12,524 bases of DNA, taken from contig JBLFWS010000100.1 in assembly GCA_047611865.1 (NCBI GenBank), positions 1-12,524 of the forward strand. The letters run 5' to 3'. A model generated the notes under the pieces. That model was not told where the DNA came from, did no database searches, and saw only the letters and a list, made by a program, of their open reading frames with translations. This stretch comes from Chlamydiales bacterium (lineage in GTDB: Bacteria; Chlamydiota; Chlamydiia; Chlamydiales; JBDQID01). Positions 1 to 8,216 of this stretch are shown here, in pieces. Positions within the stretch are counted from its first letter, which is position 1. Each line of letters opens with the position of its first letter. The position numbers and the translations under genes are program-made.

Positions 1-17
1 GAGGGGATTTAAGCTAC

Positions 18-71
18 TAGCCCCTCTCTGTGTTCTCGGTGAGCTCGGTGGTTGATTAATGCAACAACGCC
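18..71. repeat. 54-bp repeat: three 9-bp units (24-50) plus an IS903-like terminal inverted repeat (54-71); right end of an element extending left out of the window
   Basis: 51/54 identical to the reverse complement of 11737-11790. Units CTCTCTGTG/TTCTCGGTG/AGCTCGGTG. 54-71 read on the minus strand is GGCGTTGTTGCATTAATC, which resembles the IS903 IR as I recall it (GGCTTTGTTGAATAAATC). Confidence 0.9.
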
Positions 72-282
72 GTTGATTGGCTATAAGTGGAAAGGTCAAC
101 GGGAGTAGGGCACAAATCATTAATAAAAAGGATCTCTTCTTGGGCATTAGTTTTTCTTTCTTCGATGGGTTTATTTTTTTTTGTAAGGAAGATAGCGAAG
201 AATTATTTAAAAACTAGGGTTTTTTCTGTACAAAGGCTTAATTCGTAGGTAAAAAGTAAGTTTTAAATTTAAACATTGATTT

Positions 283-1506
283 GTGCGTATGACTGTTTTT
301 TTTACTAGTGGTCCAAAGAGTGACAAACCCCGGTCGGACTTGCGGGTTCGATACACTGTTTCCAAGGAAAGTCTTAAAATTGAGATTTCCTCCAAAGTGG
401 AAGCTCTTTTTTCGGAAGCGATTCGTAGCCAGGTGGAATCTATTTGTCGGGATCTCTCTGTGAATACAGGGCTTTTGGAGATAGATGACTTTGGCGCCCT
501 GCCTTTTGTAATCGCAGCAAGGGTGGAAGCCGTCCTAAAGGAAGCATATCCTGAGATAAAAGCTGAGGCTTTGCCCGATCAGAAAGAATTCTGTACCTAC
601 GGGACAAGGCGGGATCGATTTAGAAGAAGTCGATTATATCTTCCCGGAAACCAACCCAAGCTCATGCTCAATGCCGGGATTCATCGGCCCGATGGAATAA
701 TTCTTGATCTTGAGGATTCCGTATCATTCGAAGAGAAATTTGTGGCAAGACTGATTGTCCGCAATGCCCTGAGGTCTCTTGACTTCTTTGGAGCAGAGAG
801 GATGGTAAGGATAAATCAAGGAGAAAGAGGGCTGGAAGATTTAGAATTCATTGTAGCTCACAATGTTCACTTGATTCTTATCCCTAAGGTGGAAAGCGCC
901 GAAGATGTCCAAAGAGTCGAAGAGAGGGTAAAGAAAATCAGTCAGCAATGTGGCCGGAAAGAACCTGTGTATTTCATGCCGATTATTGAAAGTGGACGAG
1001 GGGTGATGAAAGCTCTGGAAATCGCTGAGGCTTCTGAAAATAATGTAGCCCTGACGATAGGGCTAGAGGATTATACAGCTTCCATTGGAGCGGAGAGAAC
1101 GGAAGAGGGATGGGAGTCCTTTGTAGCTCGCAGCACGATTGTCAATGCAGCCAAGGCAGCGGGTTTACAAGCTATTGATACGGTTTTTTCTGATGTAAGC
1201 GATGAGGCAGGTTTGATTTCTGCGACGTTGGAGGCAAAGTCTTTGGGCTTCGATGGAAAGGGCTGTGTACATCCTAGACAAATCCGTGGAATTCACGATG
1301 CATTCTCACCATCTTTAAGCGAAGTGGCAAAGGCCAAAAGAATTATTCTGGCATTCGATGATGCAGAGGCAAAAGGATTGGGAGTGGTCTCCCTTGATAG
1401 TAAAATGATTGACCCACCGGTGGTGAAACGCGCGATGAGCGTTGTAGAAATGGCTGTATCTATCGGAATCTTAGACAAGCAGTGGAAAGAAAATGAAGAC
1501 GTCTGA
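283..1506 (+). CDS. citE: Citrate lyase acyl carrier protein (CitD-like, ~aa 1-88) fused to citryl-CoA lyase beta subunit (CitE, HpcH/HpaI aldolase/citrate lyase family)
   Basis: N-terminus RSD...SKVEALFSEAIR...DDFGALPFVIAARVEA matches the CitD pattern. C-terminal part has CitE motifs RRSRLYLPGN, DLEDSV, VRIN, IPKVES, IIES, GLEDY, GFDGKGCVHPRQI and MIDPPV. Start is GTG 283 or ATG 289. Confidence 0.9.
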   Translation: MRMTVFFTSGPKSDKPRSDLRVRYTVSKESLKIEISSKVEALFSEAIRSQVESICRDLSVNTGLLEIDDFGALPFVIAARVEAVLKEAYPEIKAEALPDQKEFCTYGTRRDRFRRSRLYLPGNQPKLMLNAGIHRPDGIILDLEDSVSFEEKFVARLIVRNALRSLDFFGAERMVRINQGERGLEDLEFIVAHNVHLILIPKVESAEDVQRVEERVKKISQQCGRKEPVYFMPIIESGRGVMKALEIAEASENNVALTIGLEDYTASIGAERTEEGWESFVARSTIVNAAKAAGLQAIDTVFSDVSDEAGLISATLEAKSLGFDGKGCVHPRQIRGIHDAFSPSLSEVAKAKRIILAFDDAEAKGLGVVSLDSKMIDPPVVKRAMSVVEMAVSIGILDKQWKENEDV

Positions 1507-3058
1507 ATTAGCAATACAAATGAACTCCGCTGGGAGAGAAGTCCTCGCTATGGTAAATGGCGAGGTGCAAACTCCTTTTCAAGGGGTAGGAAAGTATTTT
1601 CCGAAAGGAAGCAAAGCAGCTCCGCCTGTAAAAAGTTGTGCAGCTTACCCGGCAGATGGAAACAAGGTGCTATCTTCTCTAAGAGAAGCCTTAGAAAATG
1701 CCGGATTGAAAGATGGTATGACGATATCTTCACACCATCACTTCCGGAATGGCGACCTCCTTATGATTAAAGTCTTTGATGTGATTGCTGAGATGGGGGT
1801 TAAGAATATTCGTTGGTTTCCTTCTGCAGCCTTCCCATGTCACGCTCCGTTAATTGATCGTATAAAAGATGGGACAATTAGCTGGATCGAGGGTTCTCTG
1901 AACGGGCCTTTAGGCGATCTGGCTTCAAATGGGGGGATGAATGGGACTGCGGTGTTACGTAGTCATGGAGGCCGGTGGCAGGCTGTACAAGATGGTGAAG
2001 TGCATATTGACATTGCGATTCTAGCTTGCCCTACAGCTGACCCTTTTGGAAATGCAACAGGAGATAGGGGACCCTCAGCATGTGGACTCTTGGGATTTGG
2101 CCTCGTTGATTCTTTGTATGCAGATCATGTAATTGCGGTTACAGACAATCTAGTACCCTTTCCCTGTGTGCCCTGGCAAATACAAGGGAATAACGTTGAT
2201 AGCGTAGTTGTAATTGATAAAGTGGGAGATCCTACACAGATTGTTTCAGGGACTACGGAACTTACTAGTTCTCCGGATAGACTGCATATTGCTGAGATGA
2301 CAGCCCTCTTTGTACGGGCGGCAGGGATTTTACAAGAAGGCTTTAGCTTTCAGGCAGGAGCAGGTGGAATTTCTTTGGCCTTTACCCTCTTTTTGAAAGA
2401 GATGATGAGGAAGGAGAATATTAAGGCACGTTTCATTCGAGGGGGTTCGACAAAGTATCTCGTAGAGATGCTTGAGGAGGGTCTAACGGATTATATTCTT
2501 GATGGGCAAACCTTTGACCTCGAAGGCGTCCGCTCCATGAGAGAAAATAGTCATCATCAGGATACTTCTCCATTTACCAGCTACAACTGGCACGGAAAAG
2601 GTAACTTTGCCTCTATGATAGATGTGGTGGTCTTAGGTGCCACAGAGGTGGACGTTAACTTTAATGCTAATGTAGTGACACACTCAGATGGGCGCATGAT
2701 GCATGGCATCGGCGGATGGCAAAACTGTCTTTTTAGTAAATGCACCATTTTGGCTCTTCCGTCATTTCGTGACAGAATCTCTATAATCGTTGATGAGGTG
2801 ACGACACTTGTGGGTCCTGGGGAACTCATCGATGTAGTGGTAACGGAAAGGGGGATTGCCATTAACCCACGAAGGAAAGATCTCATAGATGCGGTAAAGG
2901 GGAGTGGCTTACCCATACGTTCTATTCATGATTTAAAAGCAGAAATTGACGACTTTGTAGGGGGGCCACCGTCAAAACCAAAGCTCTCTAATGACATCAT
3001 TGGAATCGTGAAATGGGTTGATGGAACAGTGATCGATTCAATTTACAAAGTATTATAA
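1493..3058 (+). CDS. citF: Citrate lyase alpha subunit (citrate CoA/ACP-transferase)
   Basis: CitF motifs GLKDGMTISSHHHFRNGD, LRSHGGR, FSFQAGAGG, LGATEVDVNFNANV, GIGG, DVVVTERGIAINP and DGTVID. Overlaps the upstream CDS by 14 nt. Confidence 0.93.
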   Translation: MKTSELAIQMNSAGREVLAMVNGEVQTPFQGVGKYFPKGSKAAPPVKSCAAYPADGNKVLSSLREALENAGLKDGMTISSHHHFRNGDLLMIKVFDVIAEMGVKNIRWFPSAAFPCHAPLIDRIKDGTISWIEGSLNGPLGDLASNGGMNGTAVLRSHGGRWQAVQDGEVHIDIAILACPTADPFGNATGDRGPSACGLLGFGLVDSLYADHVIAVTDNLVPFPCVPWQIQGNNVDSVVVIDKVGDPTQIVSGTTELTSSPDRLHIAEMTALFVRAAGILQEGFSFQAGAGGISLAFTLFLKEMMRKENIKARFIRGGSTKYLVEMLEEGLTDYILDGQTFDLEGVRSMRENSHHQDTSPFTSYNWHGKGNFASMIDVVVLGATEVDVNFNANVVTHSDGRMMHGIGGWQNCLFSKCTILALPSFRDRISIIVDEVTTLVGPGELIDVVVTERGIAINPRRKDLIDAVKGSGLPIRSIHDLKAEIDDFVGGPPSKPKLSNDIIGIVKWVDGTVIDSIYKVL

Positions 3059-3067
3059 AGGAAGGAA

Positions 3068-3613
3068 GTGATGCAGCTTATGGATAAATTATTGGAAATA
3101 TGGCCCGAAATAGAGTGGATAAAGGACGAAGAGCTGCGCAATATGGTGGCTCATGCCTGGTCGTACGCCATTGAACAAAGCGTATTGTCTATTGAAGACC
3201 TTGAAAGAATTCCCTTTTCTCTTTTGATTAAAGACTGTGGAGTGACCTTCATGAATCACAAAAGGACAGCTGTACAGCTGTCTGTTGATATAGCTGAAAG
3301 GATGCAAGAGAACTTTGGGGATCAAATTAAGATAAATATGGATGTCGTCATCGCAGGGGCTATCTTGATAGACGTGGGTAAACTTTTGGAATATGATCTT
3401 GATGATTCAGGAAAGCTCATTACAAGTGATGCCGGCAAAATCTTGAGACATCCATTTAGTGGTGTGGCAATAGCTGACAGATTTGGAATTCCGGTTGAGG
3501 TGCAACATATTATTGCCACTCATTCCATAGAAGGCGACTTGGGTAAACGAACTGTAGAATCTATAATTGTACATCATGCTGACTTTGTTAGCTTTGAACC
3601 GTTTAAGGAATAA
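3068..3613 (+). CDS. HD-superfamily (HDIG-like) metal-dependent phosphohydrolase with the HD motif altered to ID
   Basis: H(64)...GAILIDVGK...RHPFSG...HIIATHS...HHADF layout of HD proteins. Purine-rich RBS AAGGAAGGA directly upstream. Start is GTG 3068 or ATG 3071. Confidence 0.8.
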   Translation: MMQLMDKLLEIWPEIEWIKDEELRNMVAHAWSYAIEQSVLSIEDLERIPFSLLIKDCGVTFMNHKRTAVQLSVDIAERMQENFGDQIKINMDVVIAGAILIDVGKLLEYDLDDSGKLITSDAGKILRHPFSGVAIADRFGIPVEVQHIIATHSIEGDLGKRTVESIIVHHADFVSFEPFKE

Positions 3614-3624
3614 GGAGGATAGGG

Positions 3625-5592
3625 GTGGCTCAGAATCTTATAGAGAAAATCTCTCAACGCTATGCAGTTGGCTTGACTGCAAAGATGGAAGTGAAAAGTG
3701 GAGACTTCATCTCAATAAAGCCCGCCTATGTTTTGACTCATGATAACACAGCTGCTGTGATGATGAAATTCAAAGCTATAGGGGCAACAAAAATGGCGAA
3801 CCCTCGACAACCGATGTTTGCCTTGGACCATGATATCCAGAATAAGTCAGAAGCTAATGTAAAGAAGTATAAGAATATAGAGGCTTTTTCAAAAGAGGTA
3901 GGCGTCGACTTTTATCCTGCGGGTCGCGGTATTGGTCACCAGATCATTGTGGAAGAGGGATATGCTTTTCCTGGGGAAATGACTGTTGCCTCTGATAGTC
4001 ACGCTAACATGTATGGAGGGATAGGTTGTCTCGGAACTCCTCTCGTGCGAACAGATGCCGCCGCAATATGGGCAACAGGTAGAACCTGGTGGCAAGTCCC
4101 TCCCGTAGCCAAGTGTGTGCTTACAGGGAAGTTGCAAGAGGGTGTTACCGGGAAAGACGTGATAGTGACACTTTGTGGTGTGTTCAACAAAGATGAAGTT
4201 CTCAATCACGCTGTAGAGTTTTGTGGGGATGGGGTGGAAAGTCTGCCCATGAACGAACGGCTTACGATTGCTAATATGACTACGGAGTGGGGAGCATTGG
4301 TGGGTTTGTTTCCTATTGATGAAGAGAGTCTGCGGTGGTTGGATGAGCGTGCCGATTACATTGAGAAAAGGGGACTGGAAGGTGTTCCTTCCGATAAGGA
4401 TTTTGGCTCTATACACCCTCGCATTAACAGGGAGAGGATAGAGACCTTGAGAAAGGCTATTCCTAAAGCTGATGAAGGGGCATTCTATGCAAAAGAGATG
4501 ACTTTGGATCTGTCATCTGTGCGTCCTTATATATCAGGACCCAATCATGTGAAGGTGATGTGTAGTGTGGCAGAGATGGAGAAGAGGGAGCTTAAAATTC
4601 AAAAGGCCTATCTTCTTTCCTGTGTCAATGGCCGACTTTCAGATTTTACAGAAGCCGCCAAGGTTATTAAAGGGAAAAAAGTTGCCGATGGGGTGGACTT
4701 GTATATCTCGGCAGCTTCGAGTGAAGTACAGTATGAAAGTGAAAAACTGGGCGACTGGCAAATCCTGGTAGAAGCCGGAGCAAAAGTCTTGCCTCCAGGA
4801 TGTGGTCCGTGCATAGGTCTTGGAGTTGGATTACTTGAAGCTGGAGAGGTCGGGATATCAGCAACGAATCGCAACTTTAAGGGCCGCATGGGATCGAAAG
4901 ATGCTGAGGCCTATCTATCCTCACCAGCAGTGGTGGTAGCGTCTGCTGTGGCTGGAAAGATTTGTGGCCCTGTGCAGTATGAACATGTAGAGCCTAAAGC
5001 TTCCATAAAGATAAACGAACAGCCAGAACTTGAGGCAGGCCTTGTTGAATTAATAGAGGGCTTTCCGGAATCCATAGAGGGTGAACTTCTTTTCTGTCAC
5101 CAGGACAACATGAATACTGATGGCATATACCCAGGGAAATATACCTATATTGATGACTACCCTCCTGAAAAAATGGCAGAAGCCGTAATGGAAAATTACG
5201 ACGAACACTTTGGGGAAATCGCAAAGGAGGGGGATATCCTTGTTGGAGGCTTTAACTTTGGAACAGGAAGTTCCAGAGAGCAGGCAGCCACATCGCTTAA
5301 GTACCGGGGATTGCAACTTATTCTGGGAGGCTCTTTTAGCCAAACATATAAGCGGAACGCGCTAAATAATGGTTTCATGGTATTGGAAGTTCCCGAATTG
5401 GTAAAAGATCTGAAAGCGTTTTTAGGGGATAAAACCCCCACTGTTCGTACGGGATGGGTCGGAAATATTGATTTTAAGAAGGCTACAATGACAGCGAATA
5501 GAAAAACCTACAAACTGAGACCACTGGGAAAAGCAGCTCAAGAGCTTATTGTAGAAGGTGGTTTGGAATCCTGGGTTAAAGCTCGCATGTAG
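3625..5592 (+). CDS. lysF: Single-chain homoaconitase (homoaconitate hydratase, fungal Lys4/LysF type; aconitase family, large and swivel domains fused)
   Basis: QNLIEKI, THDN, LDHDIQNKSE, GRGIGHQ, ASDSH, RTDAAAIWATG.TWWQ.PPVA and ANMTTEWGA follow fungal Lys4. [4Fe-4S] ligands C333, C393, C396 (SCVN, GCGPCIG). Also ISATNRNFKGRMG and swivel domain NTDGIYPGKYTY, NFGTGSSREQA. Strong SD AAGGAGG at 3612-3618, GTG start. Confidence 0.88.
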   Translation: MAQNLIEKISQRYAVGLTAKMEVKSGDFISIKPAYVLTHDNTAAVMMKFKAIGATKMANPRQPMFALDHDIQNKSEANVKKYKNIEAFSKEVGVDFYPAGRGIGHQIIVEEGYAFPGEMTVASDSHANMYGGIGCLGTPLVRTDAAAIWATGRTWWQVPPVAKCVLTGKLQEGVTGKDVIVTLCGVFNKDEVLNHAVEFCGDGVESLPMNERLTIANMTTEWGALVGLFPIDEESLRWLDERADYIEKRGLEGVPSDKDFGSIHPRINRERIETLRKAIPKADEGAFYAKEMTLDLSSVRPYISGPNHVKVMCSVAEMEKRELKIQKAYLLSCVNGRLSDFTEAAKVIKGKKVADGVDLYISAASSEVQYESEKLGDWQILVEAGAKVLPPGCGPCIGLGVGLLEAGEVGISATNRNFKGRMGSKDAEAYLSSPAVVVASAVAGKICGPVQYEHVEPKASIKINEQPELEAGLVELIEGFPESIEGELLFCHQDNMNTDGIYPGKYTYIDDYPPEKMAEAVMENYDEHFGEIAKEGDILVGGFNFGTGSSREQAATSLKYRGLQLILGGSFSQTYKRNALNNGFMVLEVPELVKDLKAFLGDKTPTVRTGWVGNIDFKKATMTANRKTYKLRPLGKAAQELIVEGGLESWVKARM

Positions 5593-5619
5593 TCATTTAT
5601 ATTATTTACAGGAGAAGAT

Positions 5620-6759
5620 ATGGCTAAGTATAAGATCGCATGGCTCCCGGGAGATGGAGTCGGAAATGAAGTAATGGATTGCGCTCGAATGGTTCTGGAT
5701 AAACTGAATCTCGACGCAGAATATACCCATGGTGACATAGGCTGGGAGTTTTGGAAGAGTGAAGGTAACGCGTTACCTGACAGAACGATCGATATCCTCA
5801 AAAATAGCGATTGCGCATTATTTGGAGCCATAACTTCTAAGCCAAGAGACGAGGCAGCAAAGGAGTTGGACCCTAAACTTGCTGGTAAGGGTCTTGTATA
5901 TTTTTCTCCTATCGTGCAGCTACGTCAACTTTTTAACCTCCATACAAACTTGCGTCCTTGCAAAGCCTACGCAGGAAATCCTCTGAACTATAAAGAAAGC
6001 ATAGATATTGCGATCTTCAGAGAGAATACTGAGGGCATGTATGGCGGCGTAGAGTTTTTTCCGCTACCACAGGATGTCTTTGACGTTCTTTGTGCAAATC
6101 ATCCCAAAATGGAAAAGTTTGGCAAGGGGGGATTGGAAAATGTTGCTCTTTCCACACGTATCATGACTCGAAAAGGTTGTGAGAATATCGTGAGAAATGC
6201 CTTTGAGTATGCCAAAAAATTTGGTCGAAAGTCTGTTACCGTTGTCGATAAGCCCAATGTATTGAGAGAGACAGGGGGGCTGATGATTAGATCTGCACGT
6301 AAAGTGGCAGAAGACTTTCCAGGAATAGATTTGTGGGAGACTAACATTGACGCACAATGTATGTGGCTCTTAAAAAATCCTGATGACTATGAGGTGATGG
6401 TAGCGGAGAATATGTTCGGCGATATCCTCTCGGATCTGGCAGCACAACTCGTTGGTGGCTTAGGTTTCGCTTGTTCAGCAAATATCGGTGACGACTTTGC
6501 AGTCTTTGAGCCCACACACGGCTCAGCCCCGAAGTATTATGGACAAAATAAGGTAAACCCCATTGCCATGATACTTACGGCGAAAATGATGCTGGACTGG
6601 TTAGGAGAAACAGAGAAAGCCTCTATCCTCGAGCGAGCTGTTGGAGAGGTTATCGCTGAAGCGAAAGTAGGCACTTATGATGTGGGTCTGAATAACAGCA
6701 ACATTGAAGTGACAGAAGAGATTTGCTCCAAGTTGCAAGAAAACTTAATTAGAGGTTGA
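5620..6759 (+). CDS. Isocitrate/isopropylmalate dehydrogenase family beta-decarboxylating dehydrogenase (homoisocitrate dehydrogenase-like, probably NADP-dependent)
   Basis: Motifs LPGDGVG.EV, FGAITS, SPIV.LR, NLRP, RENTEGMY, K.NVL, NMFGDILSD and FEPTHGSAPKY. SD AGGAG upstream of ATG 5620. Confidence 0.9.
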   Translation: MAKYKIAWLPGDGVGNEVMDCARMVLDKLNLDAEYTHGDIGWEFWKSEGNALPDRTIDILKNSDCALFGAITSKPRDEAAKELDPKLAGKGLVYFSPIVQLRQLFNLHTNLRPCKAYAGNPLNYKESIDIAIFRENTEGMYGGVEFFPLPQDVFDVLCANHPKMEKFGKGGLENVALSTRIMTRKGCENIVRNAFEYAKKFGRKSVTVVDKPNVLRETGGLMIRSARKVAEDFPGIDLWETNIDAQCMWLLKNPDDYEVMVAENMFGDILSDLAAQLVGGLGFACSANIGDDFAVFEPTHGSAPKYYGQNKVNPIAMILTAKMMLDWLGETEKASILERAVGEVIAEAKVGTYDVGLNNSNIEVTEEICSKLQENLIRG

Positions 6760-6761
6760 AG

Positions 6762-8147
6762 ATGACAGAGACGATTTCCAGACAGATTGCAGAGTTTGCT
6801 GTCAATCTTAAGTACGAAGATTTACCCGAGGAAGTGATTGAAAAGGTAAAGCTATACCTCTATGACAGCATAGGCTGTGCATTTGGTAGTATGCATACAC
6901 CCGACGTAAACGCTGTCTTAGATATTTATAAAGAGATGGGCGGTAAAGAAGAAGCTACGGTCTTAGGCTTTGGAGATAAGCTCCCGGCGGTGAATGTCAC
7001 CTTAATCAATTCTTTGATGATCAGGGCTTTGGATTTTAACGACATCTATTGGAAAGAAGATCCTAGCCACCCCAGCGACATTATCCCAGCTGCTCTTTCT
7101 ATCGGAGAAAGAAATAAGCTTTCCATGAAGGATGTCATTACAGCGATTGTTCTGGCGTATGAATTTGAGCAAAGGATTTGCGAGTATGCCAAACCCGGTG
7201 TTCGGGAAAGAAAGTGGCACCATGCTACACTCACTCAATTTGTCTCTCCAATCGTTGCAGGTAAATTGCTGGGATTGACAGTGGAGCAGATGGTGAATGC
7301 CATTGGAATAAACGGCTGTCATAACCATACAATAGGATGCCCAACAGCTGGTAAGCTGACGATGATGAAGAATACTGTAGATCCCATGGCGGTTCAAGCG
7401 GGGGTCTTTGCAGCGTTGATGGCAGAAAAAGGCTATACCGGAACAGAGGCTATTTTCGAAGGAAAAGAAGGCTTTCACGATGTCTTCGGTCCAGGATGGG
7501 AAACAAGTATATTGACAGAAGGTCTTGGGAAGAGCTTTAGAATTATGCAGTGCTCCATGAAAGCGTTTCCTTGCGAAGCTTTGTCACACACCCATATTAC
7601 AGCAACTTTGCAAGCTGTGATTGAAAACGATATTAAGCCGGATAATATCAAAGAGGTGATCATCACGACAATTGCCCGAGCTAAGGATATCTTGTTCGAT
7701 CCGCACAAGTATACTCCAGATTCGAGGGAAACGGCAGACCATAGCCTACCCTTTTGTATAGCACGTGCGATACTGGACAGAAAGGTAACGACGGAATCTT
7801 TTGAACAGGAAAAGATCGATGACCCAAAGGTCAAAGAGATAATCCACCTGATTAAGGGAGAGGCCAGCGAGGAATTTGAAAAGTTATTCCCGGAAAAACA
7901 GCCATCAAATGTTAAAATTGTTACCAAAGATGGTCAGAAGTTTTCCGTATACCTTGAGTTTCCAAAAGGAGATCCAAGGGAGCCCATGACTCTTGAAGAT
8001 CTGGAGAATAAGTTTAACGCCCTCGCACAAGATAAATGTGACGATGCAAAGTTAGCTTCTCTGAAAGATACGATTCTGAACTGTGAAAATCTTACAGCAC
8101 AGAAGTTTATGGAGCAGATACAGCTGAATAATCTGGTGACGGCTTAA
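6762..8147 (+). CDS. prpD: MmgE/PrpD family protein (2-methylcitrate dehydratase-like)
   Basis: Motifs DSIGCAFG, RALDFND, HPSD, LAYE, FEGKEG, RETADHSLP and PKGDP...KF. ATG 6762 with AGAGG at 6751-6755 is preferred over the TTG 6756 in the ORF track. Confidence 0.87.
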   Translation: MTETISRQIAEFAVNLKYEDLPEEVIEKVKLYLYDSIGCAFGSMHTPDVNAVLDIYKEMGGKEEATVLGFGDKLPAVNVTLINSLMIRALDFNDIYWKEDPSHPSDIIPAALSIGERNKLSMKDVITAIVLAYEFEQRICEYAKPGVRERKWHHATLTQFVSPIVAGKLLGLTVEQMVNAIGINGCHNHTIGCPTAGKLTMMKNTVDPMAVQAGVFAALMAEKGYTGTEAIFEGKEGFHDVFGPGWETSILTEGLGKSFRIMQCSMKAFPCEALSHTHITATLQAVIENDIKPDNIKEVIITTIARAKDILFDPHKYTPDSRETADHSLPFCIARAILDRKVTTESFEQEKIDDPKVKEIIHLIKGEASEEFEKLFPEKQPSNVKIVTKDGQKFSVYLEFPKGDPREPMTLEDLENKFNALAQDKCDDAKLASLKDTILNCENLTAQKFMEQIQLNNLVTA

Positions 8148-8171
8148 GTAATGGTAATATGGGGTTTTACC

Positions 8172-8206
8172 CACTTAGGGTGTTGTTTTCTAAGTGAGTG
8201 CTTTTT
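8172..8206 (+). terminator. Possible intrinsic terminator after the operon
   Basis: CACTTAG (8172-8178) pairs with CTAAGTG (8190-8196), followed by AGTGCTTTTT. Stem is weak and the T-tract is offset. Confidence 0.3.
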
Positions 8207-8216
8207 GATAAAATAA

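Noticed and set aside
51..78. 7-bp direct repeat GTTGATT at 51-57 and 72-78
   Set aside because: One copy is internal to the conserved repeat and the right-hand element has no equivalent flank, so it is not a target-site duplication.
181..282. Possible sigma70 promoter (TTGTAA-17 nt-TATTTA) and palindromes AAAAAC/GTTTTT (209-224) and TTTAAATTTAAA (262-273) upstream of the operon
   Set aside because: Weak consensus matches and AT-rich palindromes in an AT-rich region, as expected by chance.
3625..6759. Annotation as leuCD/leuB
   Set aside because: Motifs fit Lys4-type homoaconitase and an NADP-type dehydrogenase, and no leuA or ilv genes are in the window.
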